Source: the human T2T-CHM13v2.0 reference genome, Homo sapiens
Reading direction: 5' to 3'
Length of the DNA: 64,000 nucleotides
Assembly: GCA_009914755.4 (NCBI GenBank)
Contig: CP068257.2
Span: 29,600,001 to 29,664,000 of the forward strand
The position numbers were made by a program, and so were the translations under genes. The notes below the pieces were generated by a model that saw only the letters and a program-made list of their open reading frames with translations, searched no databases and had not been told where the DNA came from. The stretch's first letter is position 1. Each line of letters starts with the position of its first letter. Below, in pieces: positions 1 through 13,320 of this stretch.

Positions 1-1086
1 CCCACTGTCTTGTCTAAATAAAGCAACAGTCCCTACCATTCTCTATCATGAAGCCAAATCAATTTCTCAGAAGGACAATTCAATAAATGAGCTTTTCTGC
101 AGTTTGTCCCTTTGCAGTGGCACACAGGGAGCTATGTGTCCACAAGAGGAGACGAACTCTCCACTGACTGCTTTCAAAAGCTAGTTGGGTGGAGAAAAAG
201 TCTTGCAACATTTCATGACCATTTACTGGCTTAACACCTCAACTGCTCACAGTGGACTCCTGACCTGACACAATGTTGTTCCTCAAGGTCTCTCCAGGAT
301 TTAAATTCTGACATGCTAGAAAAAGCCATCCGAAGCCACTAACCTTGCCTCCCCTTCTTGAACCGGGCAAGGTTAGTTAGGGACATCAGATTCATGATGG
401 GTCCCTTCGTCAGAATTCAGAGGCCAAGAAGGCAGGAAGGAGAGACCACCCAATGGTGCCCTCTCAACTTGTTAACCACAAATCACCTTCCATTAAACAA
501 ACAGCAGCAGACAGGTAAAGAGAGAGGGAATTCTGTGATTCTTCCTTTGCCTTCTGGAGATGCTATAAATACTGTATACAGTTCGGTGAAGGGAATAAGC
601 AAAGTTCTTGCCAACAGACAAATATAATCAGCAAAAAAATGCATTTTGCATAACAGCCCCTTTGAGTGCAGAGATAAGATGAAGCTCAGGACTTCATTAT
701 GTATTTAAATAGATCCAGCTTCAACTATCCAATGGCATGGAGGACACTTGGTGATTTCAGATAATCAATGGTTTACGTAAGTGGCAGGAAAAGGGAAATT
801 CATTTTAAACACGAGAAATACTAGGGAATATATGCCAAATCTAGGAAACTAAAATTTGAGATAATTCAAGTTTATAGAAGCACAAGAATAATTGTAAAGT
901 AGGTCAAACGCTTTCATTTTAAAAGAAAAAAAAAGAAAGTTACCATTTTTTAAGAGGCTAGATAGGAATAAAGCTCCAGTGTGAATTCTGAAAAGGCTTT
1001 TTTCTTGTTGATTCTATACTCATCATATTTTGTTTACATAAGACTTATTTAAGCTATTATTTTTAATATCTGTAAAGAGAACTTAA

Positions 1087-1373
<287 letters not shown>

Positions 1374-1974
1374 GACAACTTTAAATTTGAGGTTTCCCTC
1401 CCCCACTGAAAATGGTGATATAATGGATCCCTCTCACCCTCACCCACGCCGGGTTCATTCTTTGGAGAAGAAAGGAAGCTCTGGACTCCAGGAAGACAGA
1501 CACAAGGAAAACAGGGACCGTGCGCTGCAAAGAGGCGAACAGATGGCAGCCTGCCTGAGGAAGGGCAGTGGCAGGATTCATCTCTGGCAAAGCTCAGTCG
1601 CCTCCAAGAAAAGACTCACAAATAATCGTCAACCGGAGTCTCTCCACAAGGCCGCTTACTGTCTGTCCATGCTATGAAAGGTCCCAGTACTTCTAATGTG
1701 CACAGATGATATAAGCAGCTTTTTCATATCTCACATGTAAATATGACCAGTCAAGGATCACCAGACATTTGCTGAAAGCCCCCAGCATGAAAGGCAGAGA
1801 CTAAAGCACACAGGAGAAAATGTACTAGGAGAAAGGAGAAGCCATGCCTGAAACAGAGAAAGCTTCCCTAAAATCTACACAACCCTTGGAGATGCAAGGG
1901 AATCTAAAACTATAAACAAGTGAACAAAAAGTACAGGTTACAATAAAAAGGAACAATGAGATTGAAAAGAGAGC

Positions 1975-2075
1975 AGGAGAGGGGAAGGGAGGGAGGGAAG
2001 GAGGAAGGGAGAGAGGAGGTGGGGAAGGAAGGAAGGAAGGAAGGGAGGGAGGGAGGGATGAAGGGAAGGTGGGAG
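1975..2075. repeat. Polypurine (GGAA/GGGA)n simple repeat
   Basis: gaggggaagggagggagggaaggaggaagggagagagg...ggaaggaaggaaggaagggagggaggga seen directly. Confidence 0.9.
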
Positions 2076-2159
2076 AGAAAGCTTCTTTTAGGAATTAAAA
2101 AAAAATAACCAAAATTAAAATGTCAATAGAAGGAAATCACTATGAAGGATCAGAACACC

Positions 2160-2451
2160 AGCAAGGTGCAGTGGCTTAAACCTGTAATCTCAGCACTTCG
2201 GGAGGCTGAGGCAGGTGGATCACTTGACCCCAGGAGTTCAAGACCAGCCTAGGCAACATGGCAAAACCCCGTCTCTACAAAAACCACAAAAATTAGCAAA
2301 GCATGGTGGTGTGCACCTGTCATCCCAGATATTCGAGAGGCTGAGGTGGGAGAACCACCTGAGCCTTGGGAGGCTGAGGCTGCAATCAGCCATGATTATA
2401 CCACTGCACTCCAGCCTGGGCGACAGAGTGAGACCCTGTCTCCAAAAAAAA
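2160..2451 (+). mobile_element. Alu SINE with A-tail; lies inside a 17-bp target-site duplication (aaggatcagaacaccag at 2145-2161 and 2493-2509) together with a U6 fragment
   Basis: gcaaggtgcagtggcttaaacctgtaatctcagcacttcgggaggctgagg ... ccactgcactccagcctgggcgacagagtgagaccctgtctccaaaaaaaa; identical flanking 17-mers. Confidence 0.9.
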
Positions 2452-2462
2452 GAGAAGAAATT

Positions 2463-2492
2463 GTGCTTGCTTTGGCAGCATATATACTAAAA
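2463..2492 (+). pseudogene. U6 snRNA 5' fragment (nt 1-30), retro-inserted with the adjacent Alu
   Basis: gtgcttgctttggcagcatatatactaaaa vs U6 GTGCTCGCTTCGGCAGCACATATACTAAAA: 27/30 identities, all three differences C>T transitions; immediately followed by the downstream TSD copy. Confidence 0.7.
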
Positions 2493-5400
2493 AAGGATCA
2501 GAACACCAGTGATAAGGAAATGATGCTAAAGAGAAAAAAAGAAAATAAAACACAAACATGCTAATCAGAAATGGGAACATAATCAGAAAATAATTAAACC
2601 AAGGGGAAATGATCTCCAAGCCAAAATTCCAAATTACTCAAATATTATGCAAGTAAAAGGTAGAATGAAGACATTTTTAAATGTGCATCATTTTATAAGA
2701 AGTTACTCCAGGTTATTTTCATGAAAACGAAGCAGCTGGTAATTCTACAGAGGCTGTTGTACATGAGGCCCGGAGAGCAGCCATATGGGAGCAGGACAAT
2801 GTGCCAGGGGAGGGCAGGCTTCAAAGGAAAACATCAATGATGAACAAGCTAACATGCTGGAGATTTAGAAAATATCACTGCCACATAACCAGGAAAATAA
2901 GCAATATGAGCCTTCCTCCCAAAAAAAGGGGGCAGTCATTAACTACAGAAAAAAAAATTAAGAAATTATTACAGAAAAGAAATAAGATCACAGTACACTA
3001 CTTGACTCAGCAGCCAATACTATTTATATGGTCATAACAATGTAATAACACTGATTAGTGCTTTAATCCTAAATGTTCATATACCTATATGGGAAGATGA
3101 GGAAAGAAGAATTTATAGCTAACACAGCTAAATGTTCATCTATCATAATAGAAAGTCAGTAGTATCTAAAATCCATTAGAAACAGCAGTATAAACATGTT
3201 AATGAGGGCAAATACAAGAAAACAAAAACATCAGCTAAAGTAGTTTTGTATCGTTGCTTCTAGGGAATAAGCCTCATGAGGCGAAGAGGGCAAAAGGAGG
3301 AAAATAATTTCACTTTAAGCCTTTTAATGTTAGCTGAATTCTTTTAAACTATGCTGATATTGATTTAATACAAATTTAAACTAATGTAAGAAAAGGAAGA
3401 ATACAGTTAGTAACATAATTTGCATGATACATAACAGTATAGAAATTGTATAGGAAGATCTAGCTCAACCACAATTATACCTCTGCAGTGTGGGGAAACC
3501 TCTGAGGCACCCACAAGAAGGCATAAAATCTAGCTGATTTCCAGCCTTGTATATTCATTTTGCACTTCAACATCCACATTCTCCATTAATAGTCTCCTAA
3601 GAGGTAGGCAAGTGGGGCCCCTGCCAGGGCTCTGCACCTCAGGAGGTCCCATAGTTTGGAGGGCTTTTCTTGAAATTTTCCAAGTCTCCCTCTGTCTCCT
3701 GGAAAGGGGAGGTTTCAGGAGGTTTCTCCCCTTCAGGGAGCTCTCTCACCCTGTACCAGCTATTCAGTGTCAAAAAGATGCCCGAAGCTCTTGAACTTGA
3801 GTCTGTGGCTAGTGAGTCGCACCCACCAGACCGTGTGGTATTTCTTTCACCAGATTGCTTGAGATTGGGCCACCAGAATGGTGCTGACAGTTGATCCGGA
3901 GTGAGCCAAATTCTTTATATAGATAAAGCCTCCATAAAAAAATATTTGCCTGGGGCTCCACATATCCTAGAGTTGGCCCTTCACAACTAATCCATGCCAA
4001 AATCAAAGGTAAATATTTCTACAGTGGCTGGCTAGGGGCAGGGATATAATCTACGGTGTGGGGAAAACAGGACTTAGCTACAGACTAAGTCAACACGGAA
4101 ACCAACAAAGAGAATGAAGACCTCGCACTCAGCTTGTCATATCAGTGGATAATGTGAAGTTAAGAGGAATATAAACACCAGGGAAGATCAAATAAGGATC
4201 CCAGAGGATTTCAACAGTTTATTAGAAGGATAAAAGCCACAAGGATAACATATCAAAGAGGTACATTTAAGTTCTGAGTTGGGTTTTTGAAAAAAAAATC
4301 TATTAAAATAAGATGGGGAAGGCCTTGTTGGGTAAGAATTGATGTTGAGGGTTTAAGATACCACGAGCTCAGTCTGAGTCAACAGTTTGATGTGGCTTTT
4401 AATAAAAGGAATTGACTCTAGAGGAAACAAGGACAACGGGAACCTCACTGCAGCCTGCATGGGGCAGACCACACAGAGGCTCACACAGGATGCTGAGCGC
4501 CTGGGCACGCTTACAAGTAAGAACAGGGAGAATGGCTTGGGAACCTTAGGCAGGGTTGCCCAAAGAGACGTGGCAGGAGGTAAATGAAAGCCGTTTTTAA
4601 GTATTTAAAAGGTGATGAGTAAGGATAAGCAGAAGACTTGCACAGGACTCTGTGGGTGAATATAGAAACAAAGAGAAATGGCAAGACTCACCAGAAAGAA
4701 CATATTATCTCAACATGATGAAGAACTTTCTAGGACTTAGGGCTGACTAACAAAACCGATGGTTGAAAGCTGGGAGATCTCCAGGAATGGGAGAGGCTGC
4801 CCAGTGGGCAGGCTCACCTGTTGGCCAGGGTCTTGCAGGGACCATACCTCCTTTGAGAGGGGCACTGGGTCAAGATGCCAAATCCCCATTAAAGTCTCTT
4901 CTACCACAAGTCCACTTGACACCTCCTTATGAAAGATGATTTACAGGTTTTTCCCTAACCTGGCTGCCCTTGTCCAGGGCATGTGGCCATGACCTTCCTC
5001 AAGTCTGACACACACAGCTAGACATGGCTTCCAAGGTAGTTCTCTTGAGCCTGACGAAACTCAAGACCTTAGCCTTTTCACAGTGAAGCCACACTTAATT
5101 TTTGTAAAGATGCTTATTTAAGAGGAGCCCATGGAACTAGTCTTTTTTTCTTTATTACTAAAATGGTAACTGTTAAGCATTTGCTATCTATCAGACACTT
5201 ACCATCATTATCACACTTAATCTTCAACTCAACTTAATGGCATATGAGTCTTTTAATATGCATACAATACCCTTGCACAAGTGACTTTCTAAATGATGAG
5301 AAAACTTTCTATGGGAAGAAAAGGCAATCAATTCCTAGAGATAACATTTTCTATACCCCTTTAGATATATAACTGCATATGATTTTCTACTCTATTGTCT

Positions 5401-6786
5401 TTCTTATTTGCCTGGTAGCTGTGTTCCCAAGGCATTTAACAGACAAATTAATAACTAATATTAGGATATGTTACCATAAAGGTGGGTGAGCTTTTTGGAA
5501 TTGTATGTGACATCCTAAGGTAATGAATGAATGAAGGCCCAATAGGAAATTGTACTTTGTAGGTGGTAGGTACTGTCTCTGGCTTCAAGTTGAAGGAAAG
5601 AACTTAAATTAAAATAGTGCAGACAGCATAGCACTTCTTCCATATACATGACTCCAACATTCCTGCTCATTCCCACTCTCCCCTGGCCTCACACATATAA
5701 ATTCCTTTTCTACTTTTGTTGGTAACATGAATCTCCTTTCCATGGGTGAATCTGTGGGTATTTGAGTAACAGTGTCAAATCAGCAGCACACAGGCTCTGG
5801 AAACTGTGTGCACTGAATTGAGCCCTGGGGCTGGAATAACCTACACATTACTTCCATAATCATGGCTGATTGCCTGTGCTTTAGCCTCACCCCTACACAA
5901 ACAGGTTTCATTCTGATTCGGCTGCTCCAGAGTTACATGGATTTATAATAAGCAGAAGGCAGAGAATGCCTTCATGGTATCCAAACAGCAGTAATTTCCT
6001 CCAAAAGCTTCCTTTTGTGCTCTATCCCTCATAAATGGCATAAAGCTTTCACCATAGCAAGAAGACACAAAGGTTTTCAAAACTAAGATCCTACGTTGTC
6101 ACATATAAAAAAGTTTACCTCATGTGATCTATTGGGTATTTACATTCTACTAGCAATTTTATGGCCATGAAGTTCCTTTCAAAAGGAATTCACATCAGAA
6201 ATGTGTAAGTTAAAAAGAAAACCTTCTGATTCCACTTGAGGGTTAAAAAAAATTTTTAAGGGAACCTTTCTGAAATCCATCTGAGAATCATCTAACCTGT
6301 GTAGTGAGGCAAGAATAACCAAAATCAGGTTTCACTTTAGAAATATTTCCAATGAGTAGCTTAATTGTAGGAATGAGAAAAAGCTAGTCACTTTTTACTG
6401 TAGCCACTGACTCTTGCCCACGTTCTTCTTAGGGTCAACAGTAATAGGACAAATAGTATACTCAGACAATAAAAGGCTTTGGAGAAACATAGGCTTGATT
6501 TGAGTTGAGTTTGGGTCCAATTACTAGCTTTTGTAAGCCTCGACTTCAACAAATGGGGTATACAACACACATCAATGGATTAAAATGTGGATACATAATC
6601 CAACTAACTACTGCTCTAAGAATTACATGTGACTCACATTAAGATGGTGGTATACAATAAGGGCTAAGTAAAACATAGCCACCGATCTCACAATAATGTT
6701 ACTGTTGCTGTCAGGTAGTTAGACATTTCCTCATTTGCAAGATTTCCAATTAACAAATAAAAACCATGTCAGATGCAGAAAAACAA

Positions 6787-7089
<303 letters not shown>

Positions 7090-7094
7090 AAAAC

Positions 7095-8060
7095 AATTAT
7101 TTATAACATATATACAAGAAAATTTTCATGACATTATAGCATGTAGATTTAAAAAATAAGACACTCAAAGCATTACCCATTAAGGAAGGCTTAAGAAGTG
7201 AGAATGGGCTACAATTAAGTTTCACTGCAACAAATGACACCATTAAGAGAGTAAAAAGCAAGCCACAGAGTAGAAAAAGATACTTGCAATGAATATAATC
7301 AACAGCGATGATATACAAAATACACAAAGAGCTGCCATAAATCATTAACAAAGAAACTCTGATGGAAAAAAAATGGACAAGAGAGTAAAATAAGCACTTC
7401 ACAAAAGATGATATTGAAATGGTCATTAAGCGCATGAATATGTGCTCAATTTCATATTAATATCTTAAAAAGGATTTTAAAAAATCTCAGTATCAAGTTT
7501 GCAAAGATGAGGAATAACTAGAATTCTCCTAGGCTGCTAATGAGAGTATAAATTACATTAATCATTTTGAAAACTGTTTGGCATATCCTGAATATGTGCC
7601 TAACCCATGACCCTGCAATGCCACTCCTAGGTATATATGTTTGTCCAACAGAAATGTGGACAAACATAACCTGAGAACAGGTACAAGAGTGCTCACAACA
7701 ACATTGCTTGTGATCCTTAACACCTGGGAACAACTCAAATGTACCTATGGAATGGTTGCTATATGTCCCAGTTGGCCTGGGACTGTCCTCGCTTATACCT
7801 GGTATACTGGCATAACTGTTAATAGCGTCTACTCTCGAAAGTGTCCTGGTGAATGCCATCAACATCAATGGGGGTTGGGGTGGGGTAGGAGGGTTAAGAA
7901 CTTCCAAAGAGCCATTCCTTCACAAAAGCAACACGAACAGTGGTAAAAAATGGTCAAAATCAACTTTTTCACAATTCCAGAAATTAATCTAAGTTCTGCA
8001 ACAATCTAAGCTGCATTTATTAAAGACAAATGGCTGAACTTCAGTAAAAACAGCAAGTTT
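7095..8060 (+). mobile_element. Old L1 (L1M/L1PB-like) fragment: ORF2 C-terminus plus 3'UTR
   Basis: aaatggacaagagagtaaaataagcacttcacaaaagatgatattgaaatggtcattaagcgcatgaat translates to L1 ORF2 C-terminus-like (WTRE.NKHFTKDDIEMVIKRMNMCSIS); ...gcaatgccactcctaggtatatat... is the typical L1 3' motif; the minus-strand ORFs 7097..7435 and 7518..7907 are spurious. Confidence 0.7.
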
Positions 8061-8520
8061 TGTGATATTTTAAATTGCTCTATTTCCATCTTTTTCTCCT
8101 CATCTATACAATCACATGAAAACCAGCTGTGTAGCACCACAGGAGGGAACAACCTTCCTCAAGTCTGACACATGGAACTAAACATGGCATTCCAAGGTAG
8201 ATCTCTACATCTTCCCCAAAACACCTTTCTCAGAGAACCATCACTAAGCGACCTGTCTAGCAGGTCCCAGAAAAACCTCTTCACGAGCTTGTTGCTATTT
8301 GACCTGACTCAGACCTCATTCATGCAAACACTCTTCACTCCAGGGGGTGCTTGTGAAAAACAATTAATGACAATTGTTTAGCACTACAGTCGCCTGAAGC
8401 AGTGATAACAGTCGAACAAATAAGAAGTTGACCAAGAAACTTGAGGAAAAGTTGGGGAATACGATTTCCACAAAAGGCTCTGAAAAGCTATGACACAGTC
8501 CTTGGAATCTGGAAGGTCAC

Positions 8521-8901
8521 TGATACGGTTTGGCTGTGTCCCCACCTAATCTCATCTTCAATTGTAGTGCCCATAATTCCCACATGTCGTGGAAGGGACC
8601 CAGTGGTAGGTAATCAAATCATGGGTGCAGGTCTTTCCATGCTGTTCTCGTGATAGTAAGTCTCATGAAATCTGATGGTTTTATAAAGGGGAGTTCCCCT
8701 GCACATGCTCTCTCTTGTCTGCTGCCATGTAAGAAGACTTTGCTCCTCCTTTGCCTTCTGCCATGACGGTGAGGCCTCCCCAGCCATGTGGAACTGTGAG
8801 TCCATTAAACCTCTTTTCCTTATAAATTACCCAGTCTCGGGTATGTCTTTATTAGCGGCTAAGAGAGTCACAACACAGTCTTAGTGAATTGACTAATACA
8901 G
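8521..8901 (+). mobile_element. THE1-type MaLR (ERVL-MaLR) LTR
   Basis: tgatacggtttggctgtgtccccacctaatctcatcttcaattgtagtgcccataattcccacatgtcgtggaagggacccagtgg ... cagccatgtggaactgtgagtccattaaacctcttttccttataaattacccagtctcgggtatgtctttattagcggc matches the THE1 LTR consensus end to end. Confidence 0.85.
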
Positions 8902-8964
8902 TCACAAATATGTATAAGGCTGTCCACAAGCCCAGATAGTCCCAAGAAGTTCCTAAGCTCACCC

Positions 8965-9165
8965 TATGACTGACCCTACAGCTCGGTGAAAGCAGAGATG
9001 AAGGCTAAGGCAGAGATGAAGCTAGTTGCCTGAGTGTTGATCATGTGCTTGAACTTGCAAACTTCTGTTCTTAGGAAAGACTAGGAAACTTATTGCTTCT
9101 GTACTTTTAAGGAAATCTCTCTCTAATAATTAGCTGACTACTAAACTAGCTGAGCAGAGACTTCA
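8965..9165 (+). repeat. Copy A of a local low-copy duplication (partner at 10147-10340; the similarity continues in pieces to about 9760 and 10470)
   Basis: tgaccctacagctcggtgaaagcagagatgaaggctaaggcagagatgaagctagttgcctgagtgttgat...ctaaactagctgagcagagac is repeated nearly verbatim at 10147+. Confidence 0.85.
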
Positions 9166-9384
9166 GTGGGCACACATAACAAAGCCTAAATATTTCACAG
9201 ATTTTAAGAAAGTCACTAAACAAAGAAGCACTATCACCACCGATAATCAACAACAATAGCAAATCCTGGAGGATGGGAGGTGGATCTGCTTTCAGAGTTG
9301 CCACATTTATATTATTTTAAATGTACAATTTAAACCAAAAAAGTATGAGACATGCAAATAAACAACAAACAACAATAAAGTATG

Positions 9385-9680
9385 GGCCAGGAATGGTGAT
9401 TCATGCCTATCATCCCAGTGGGTTGGGAGACCAAAATGGGAAGACTGCTTGAAGCCAAGAGTTTGAGACCAGCCTGGGCAACATAGCAAGATTCTGTCTT
9501 TAAAAAATATTTTTAAAAAATCAGCCAGGTGTGGTGGTGTACACCTGTAGTCCCAGCTACTTGAGAGGCTAAGGTGGGAAGATTGCTTGAGTCCAGGAGT
9601 TCAAGGTTACAGTGAGCTATGATTGCACCACTGTACTCCAGCCTGGGTAATAGAGCAAGACCCTATCTCTAAAACAATTA
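9385..9680 (+). mobile_element. Alu SINE, TSD aataaagtatgg
   Basis: gggccaggaatggtgattcatgcctatcatcccag ... ccactgtactccagcctgggtaatagagcaagaccctatctctaaaa; aataaagtatgg flanks both ends. Confidence 0.88.
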
Positions 9681-9896
9681 AATAAAGTATGGCCCATATA
9701 TAGAAAAAGAAGTAGTCAATAGAAACTGTCTCAGAAAAGTCCCATGTTGAGTGTACTAGACAAAGATTTCAAGCAACTATTTTGAACGTATTCAAAGAAC
9801 TAAAATAAACCATGTCTAAAGAAATAAAGTATGAGGCTAATATCACATTAAATAGAGAATATCAATAAGGAAATATAACTTTTGTTTGAAAGAACC

Positions 9897-10146
9897 AGGC
9901 CAGGCACAGTGGCTCATGCCTGTAATCCCAGCACTTTAGGAGGCTGAGGCAGGAAGATCACTTGAGGCCAGGGGTTTGAGACCACCCTGGGCAATAAAGC
10001 AAGACCTCCATCTCTACAAAAAAATAGAAAAAATTAGCTGGCTGTGGTGGTGCACACCTGTAGCCCCAGCTATTCAGGAGGCTGAGCTGGGAGGATTGCT
10101 CAGCCCAGGAGGCTGAGGCTGCAGTGAGCTGTGATCAGTGCACTAC
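9897..10146 (+). mobile_element. Alu SINE, 3'-truncated at the duplication junction
   Basis: ggccaggcacagtggctcatgcctgtaatcccagcactttaggaggctgaggcagg ... gcagtgagctgtgatcagtgcactac, then abrupt switch to duplicated unique sequence. Confidence 0.88.
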
Positions 10147-10935
<789 letters not shown>

Positions 10936-12103
10936 AAAAATAACCAGAAGAGCTCAACAGCAGATTTGAGTTGGAAGAAAAAAGAATCAGTGAACTTATG
11001 ACAGATCAAGTGAGATTAAGGAATAGAATGAAAAAAAAATGAACAGAGTCTCAGAGGCTTATGGGACTTCATCAAGCATACTAATGTAAACACAACAGGA
11101 GTCACCAAAGGAGTGGAGCAAGATAAATGAGCAGGAAGACTATTTGAAGAAATAATAGCTAAAAACTTTCCAAATGTGATTTAAATACACAAACACATGC
11201 ACACAAATCTACAGATCCAAAAGACACTACCCCATAAATATATACACATTGTATTTTGTGGCTACTAGTACCCACAACAATTTTTAAAATTTAAAAATAT
11301 TAAAAGATACATATCTGAAAGACAATAAATTCCAGGTAAAGTAAACTCAAAGAGAATGATACCTAGACACATAATACTCAAACTGTTTAACGACAAAGTC
11401 ACGATCTTCAAATCAGCAAGGGAGCCTCATAGGATAAACAGCTGATTTTTCATCAAACACCATGAAGGCCAGAAAGCAGTGGGATTTTCAAAGCACTGAA
11501 ATAAGATGGTCAATTAAGAATTCTATATCCAGCAAAACTATCCTTCAAAAATGAAAGGGAAATTAAGTCATTCCCAGATAAATAAAAGTGTCCTGGCTTG
11601 GATGATAAAAGACATACTCAATTCAACTAGTAGGCTGCATTTGTGAGTGGGGTGGGGTTGGGGAAGGTGGCTTAGGTGCCTGAAACTTCTATTTCTTGTC
11701 CTGGTTGGTGGTTGCATAATTACTTTATGATAGCTCACTGAGCAGTACACTTATGTTGTGTGCACTCTTCTTTCTGTGTTTTACATCACAGATTTTTAAA
11801 AAAGAAAACACAGATGCTTTGTCTTTATATAATCAAAATTAGCACTTTATATTTCTTACTTTAATTGTCCAAATAGAAACAGCTTCTGAAGCCAAAGCCA
11901 GAAACTTGGTGAAATAAATGATTTCTTTCCTCTATACCTTTGTTCTAGCCCCCTCCTTGCATGTTATATTCTTACGGTCCTTGTCACGCCATTTATACCT
12001 GCTCTTCCTTTAATAGTCATTGGTAGGCTTTACCACATTATAAAGATTTGCTATGTCTGTCCCCTCCGTTATATGTGAACACTTTTAAGAAGACGAACTG
12101 TCA

Positions 12104-12392
12104 GCTGGGCGCAGTGGCTTACACCTGTAATCCCAGCACTTTGGTAGGCCGAGGTGGGTGGATGACCTGAGATCAGGAGTTCGAGACCAGCCTGACCAAT
12201 ATGGTGAAACCCCGTATCTACTGAAAATACAAAAATTAGCCAGGCGTGGCAGCAGGTGCCTATAGTCCCAGCTACTCAAGAGGCTGAGACAGGAGAATTG
12301 CTTGAACCTGGGAGGCAGAGATTGCAGGGAGCTGAGATCGTGCCACTGCACTTCCAGCATGGGTGACAAAGCAAGGCTTCATCTCAAAAAAA
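12104..12392 (+). mobile_element. Alu SINE, TSD aactgtca
   Basis: gctgggcgcagtggcttacacctgtaatcccagcactttggtaggccgaggtggg ... ccactgcacttccagcatgggtgacaaagcaaggcttcatctcaaaaaaa. Confidence 0.92.
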
Positions 12393-13028
12393 GAGAGGAA
12401 CTGTCAAAATCTTCTTAGTATTCTCAATAGCACTATGCAGAGCACATAGGAAGCACAGAATAAAGGTTTGAGAAAATAATTCTTCAATGGAATCAATAAA
12501 GAAAGCCTTCCTACATAACAACACAAAAAAGTTCTTGCAGAGTATATTACAACTATTCCAAACTCAAAAGATTCCCTATCAGAAAAATGTTAATCCTGAA
12601 GCAGTTAGCAGAGAAGTATTTTTTTTAAAAAATGTTGAAATTCAAGGATGCTGAGTAGAAAGTTCTGATCAGATGAGGAAGAGAAACTGTTTAGGTGATG
12701 CCAGTCATTTCTGAGATGTCATTATTTTACTTTATGATTAATATGAGAAAGGAACATATTATAAATAAAACTTTTTGACAGCTCAAATCATGTCTAAAAG
12801 AAGAAATTCACGATCCCTTTCTTAAATGCAACAGAAATGGTACTGAGACCACACAAAGATATCCTTCAACTCATGACAAACAGAGCAAGTTTCTCACATC
12901 CAACTCATAGCCCTCCTTAGCCTTCACTTGGAAAACTTCTGAATGTACCTACTCCTGGAATTTAATATAGATGTTTATTTTGTCATTCACTGTTTTTGTT
13001 TTTATAATGAGCAACAGATTAATCTCAC

Positions 13029-13056
13029 CACTAAAAAAAAAAAAAAAAAAAAAAAA
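13029..13056. repeat. Poly(A) tract (about 27 A) not attached to a recognisable Alu
   Basis: ctaaaaaaaaaaaaaaaaaaaaaaaaaagcagtggagg. Confidence 0.8.
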
Positions 13057-13147
13057 AGCAGTGGAGGGAGACTGGGTGCCTAGGCAAGAAAAGAAGGTAG
13101 CCAGTTCAGAGGTTTGAAATGCCCTGCAAAGGAAGTGCCCAACAAAC

Positions 13148-13320
13148 CTGAAAAAGGAAGGCATCACCCAGGGAATTGCTGAGGCAGAAGACAAAGTCCT
13201 TCTTGGGGTGCTCAGGCACCGCCTGCACAATGCTGTTCTCCACCCAGACGGCGTGTTTGGGGATGCTGTTGTGGTCTATCCCAGACCTGCCGTCGCTCTC
13301 GTAGAAAAATAGCGTGCATC
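13148..13320 (-). CDS. TIAM1: TIAM1 coding exon (173 nt, phase 1 in, phase 0 out) encoding (G)CTLFFYESDGRSGIDHNSIPKHAVWVENSIVQAVPEHPKKDFVFCLSNSLGDAFLFQ, the N-terminal half of the PHn domain
   Basis: Acceptor gcacacccctgttctgtttcctcag|GATGCACGCTA; donor TTTTTCAG|gtttgttggg; the split Gly codon is completed by the last nt of the upstream exon (G|GA); peptide matches TIAM1 ...WVSLKGCTLFFYESDGRSG... Confidence 0.88.

Noticed and set aside
7097-7907. Minus-strand ORFs 7097..7435 and 7518..7907, and plus ORF 7641..7946
   Set aside because: They fall in an old L1 ORF2-end/3'UTR fragment oriented on the plus strand; the minus ORFs are the wrong strand and the plus one is in decayed 3'UTR.
8614-8805. 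ORFs 8614..8805, 8441..8653 and 47914..48225, 47946..48143
   Set aside because: Inside THE1/MST LTRs (non-coding solo LTR sequence).
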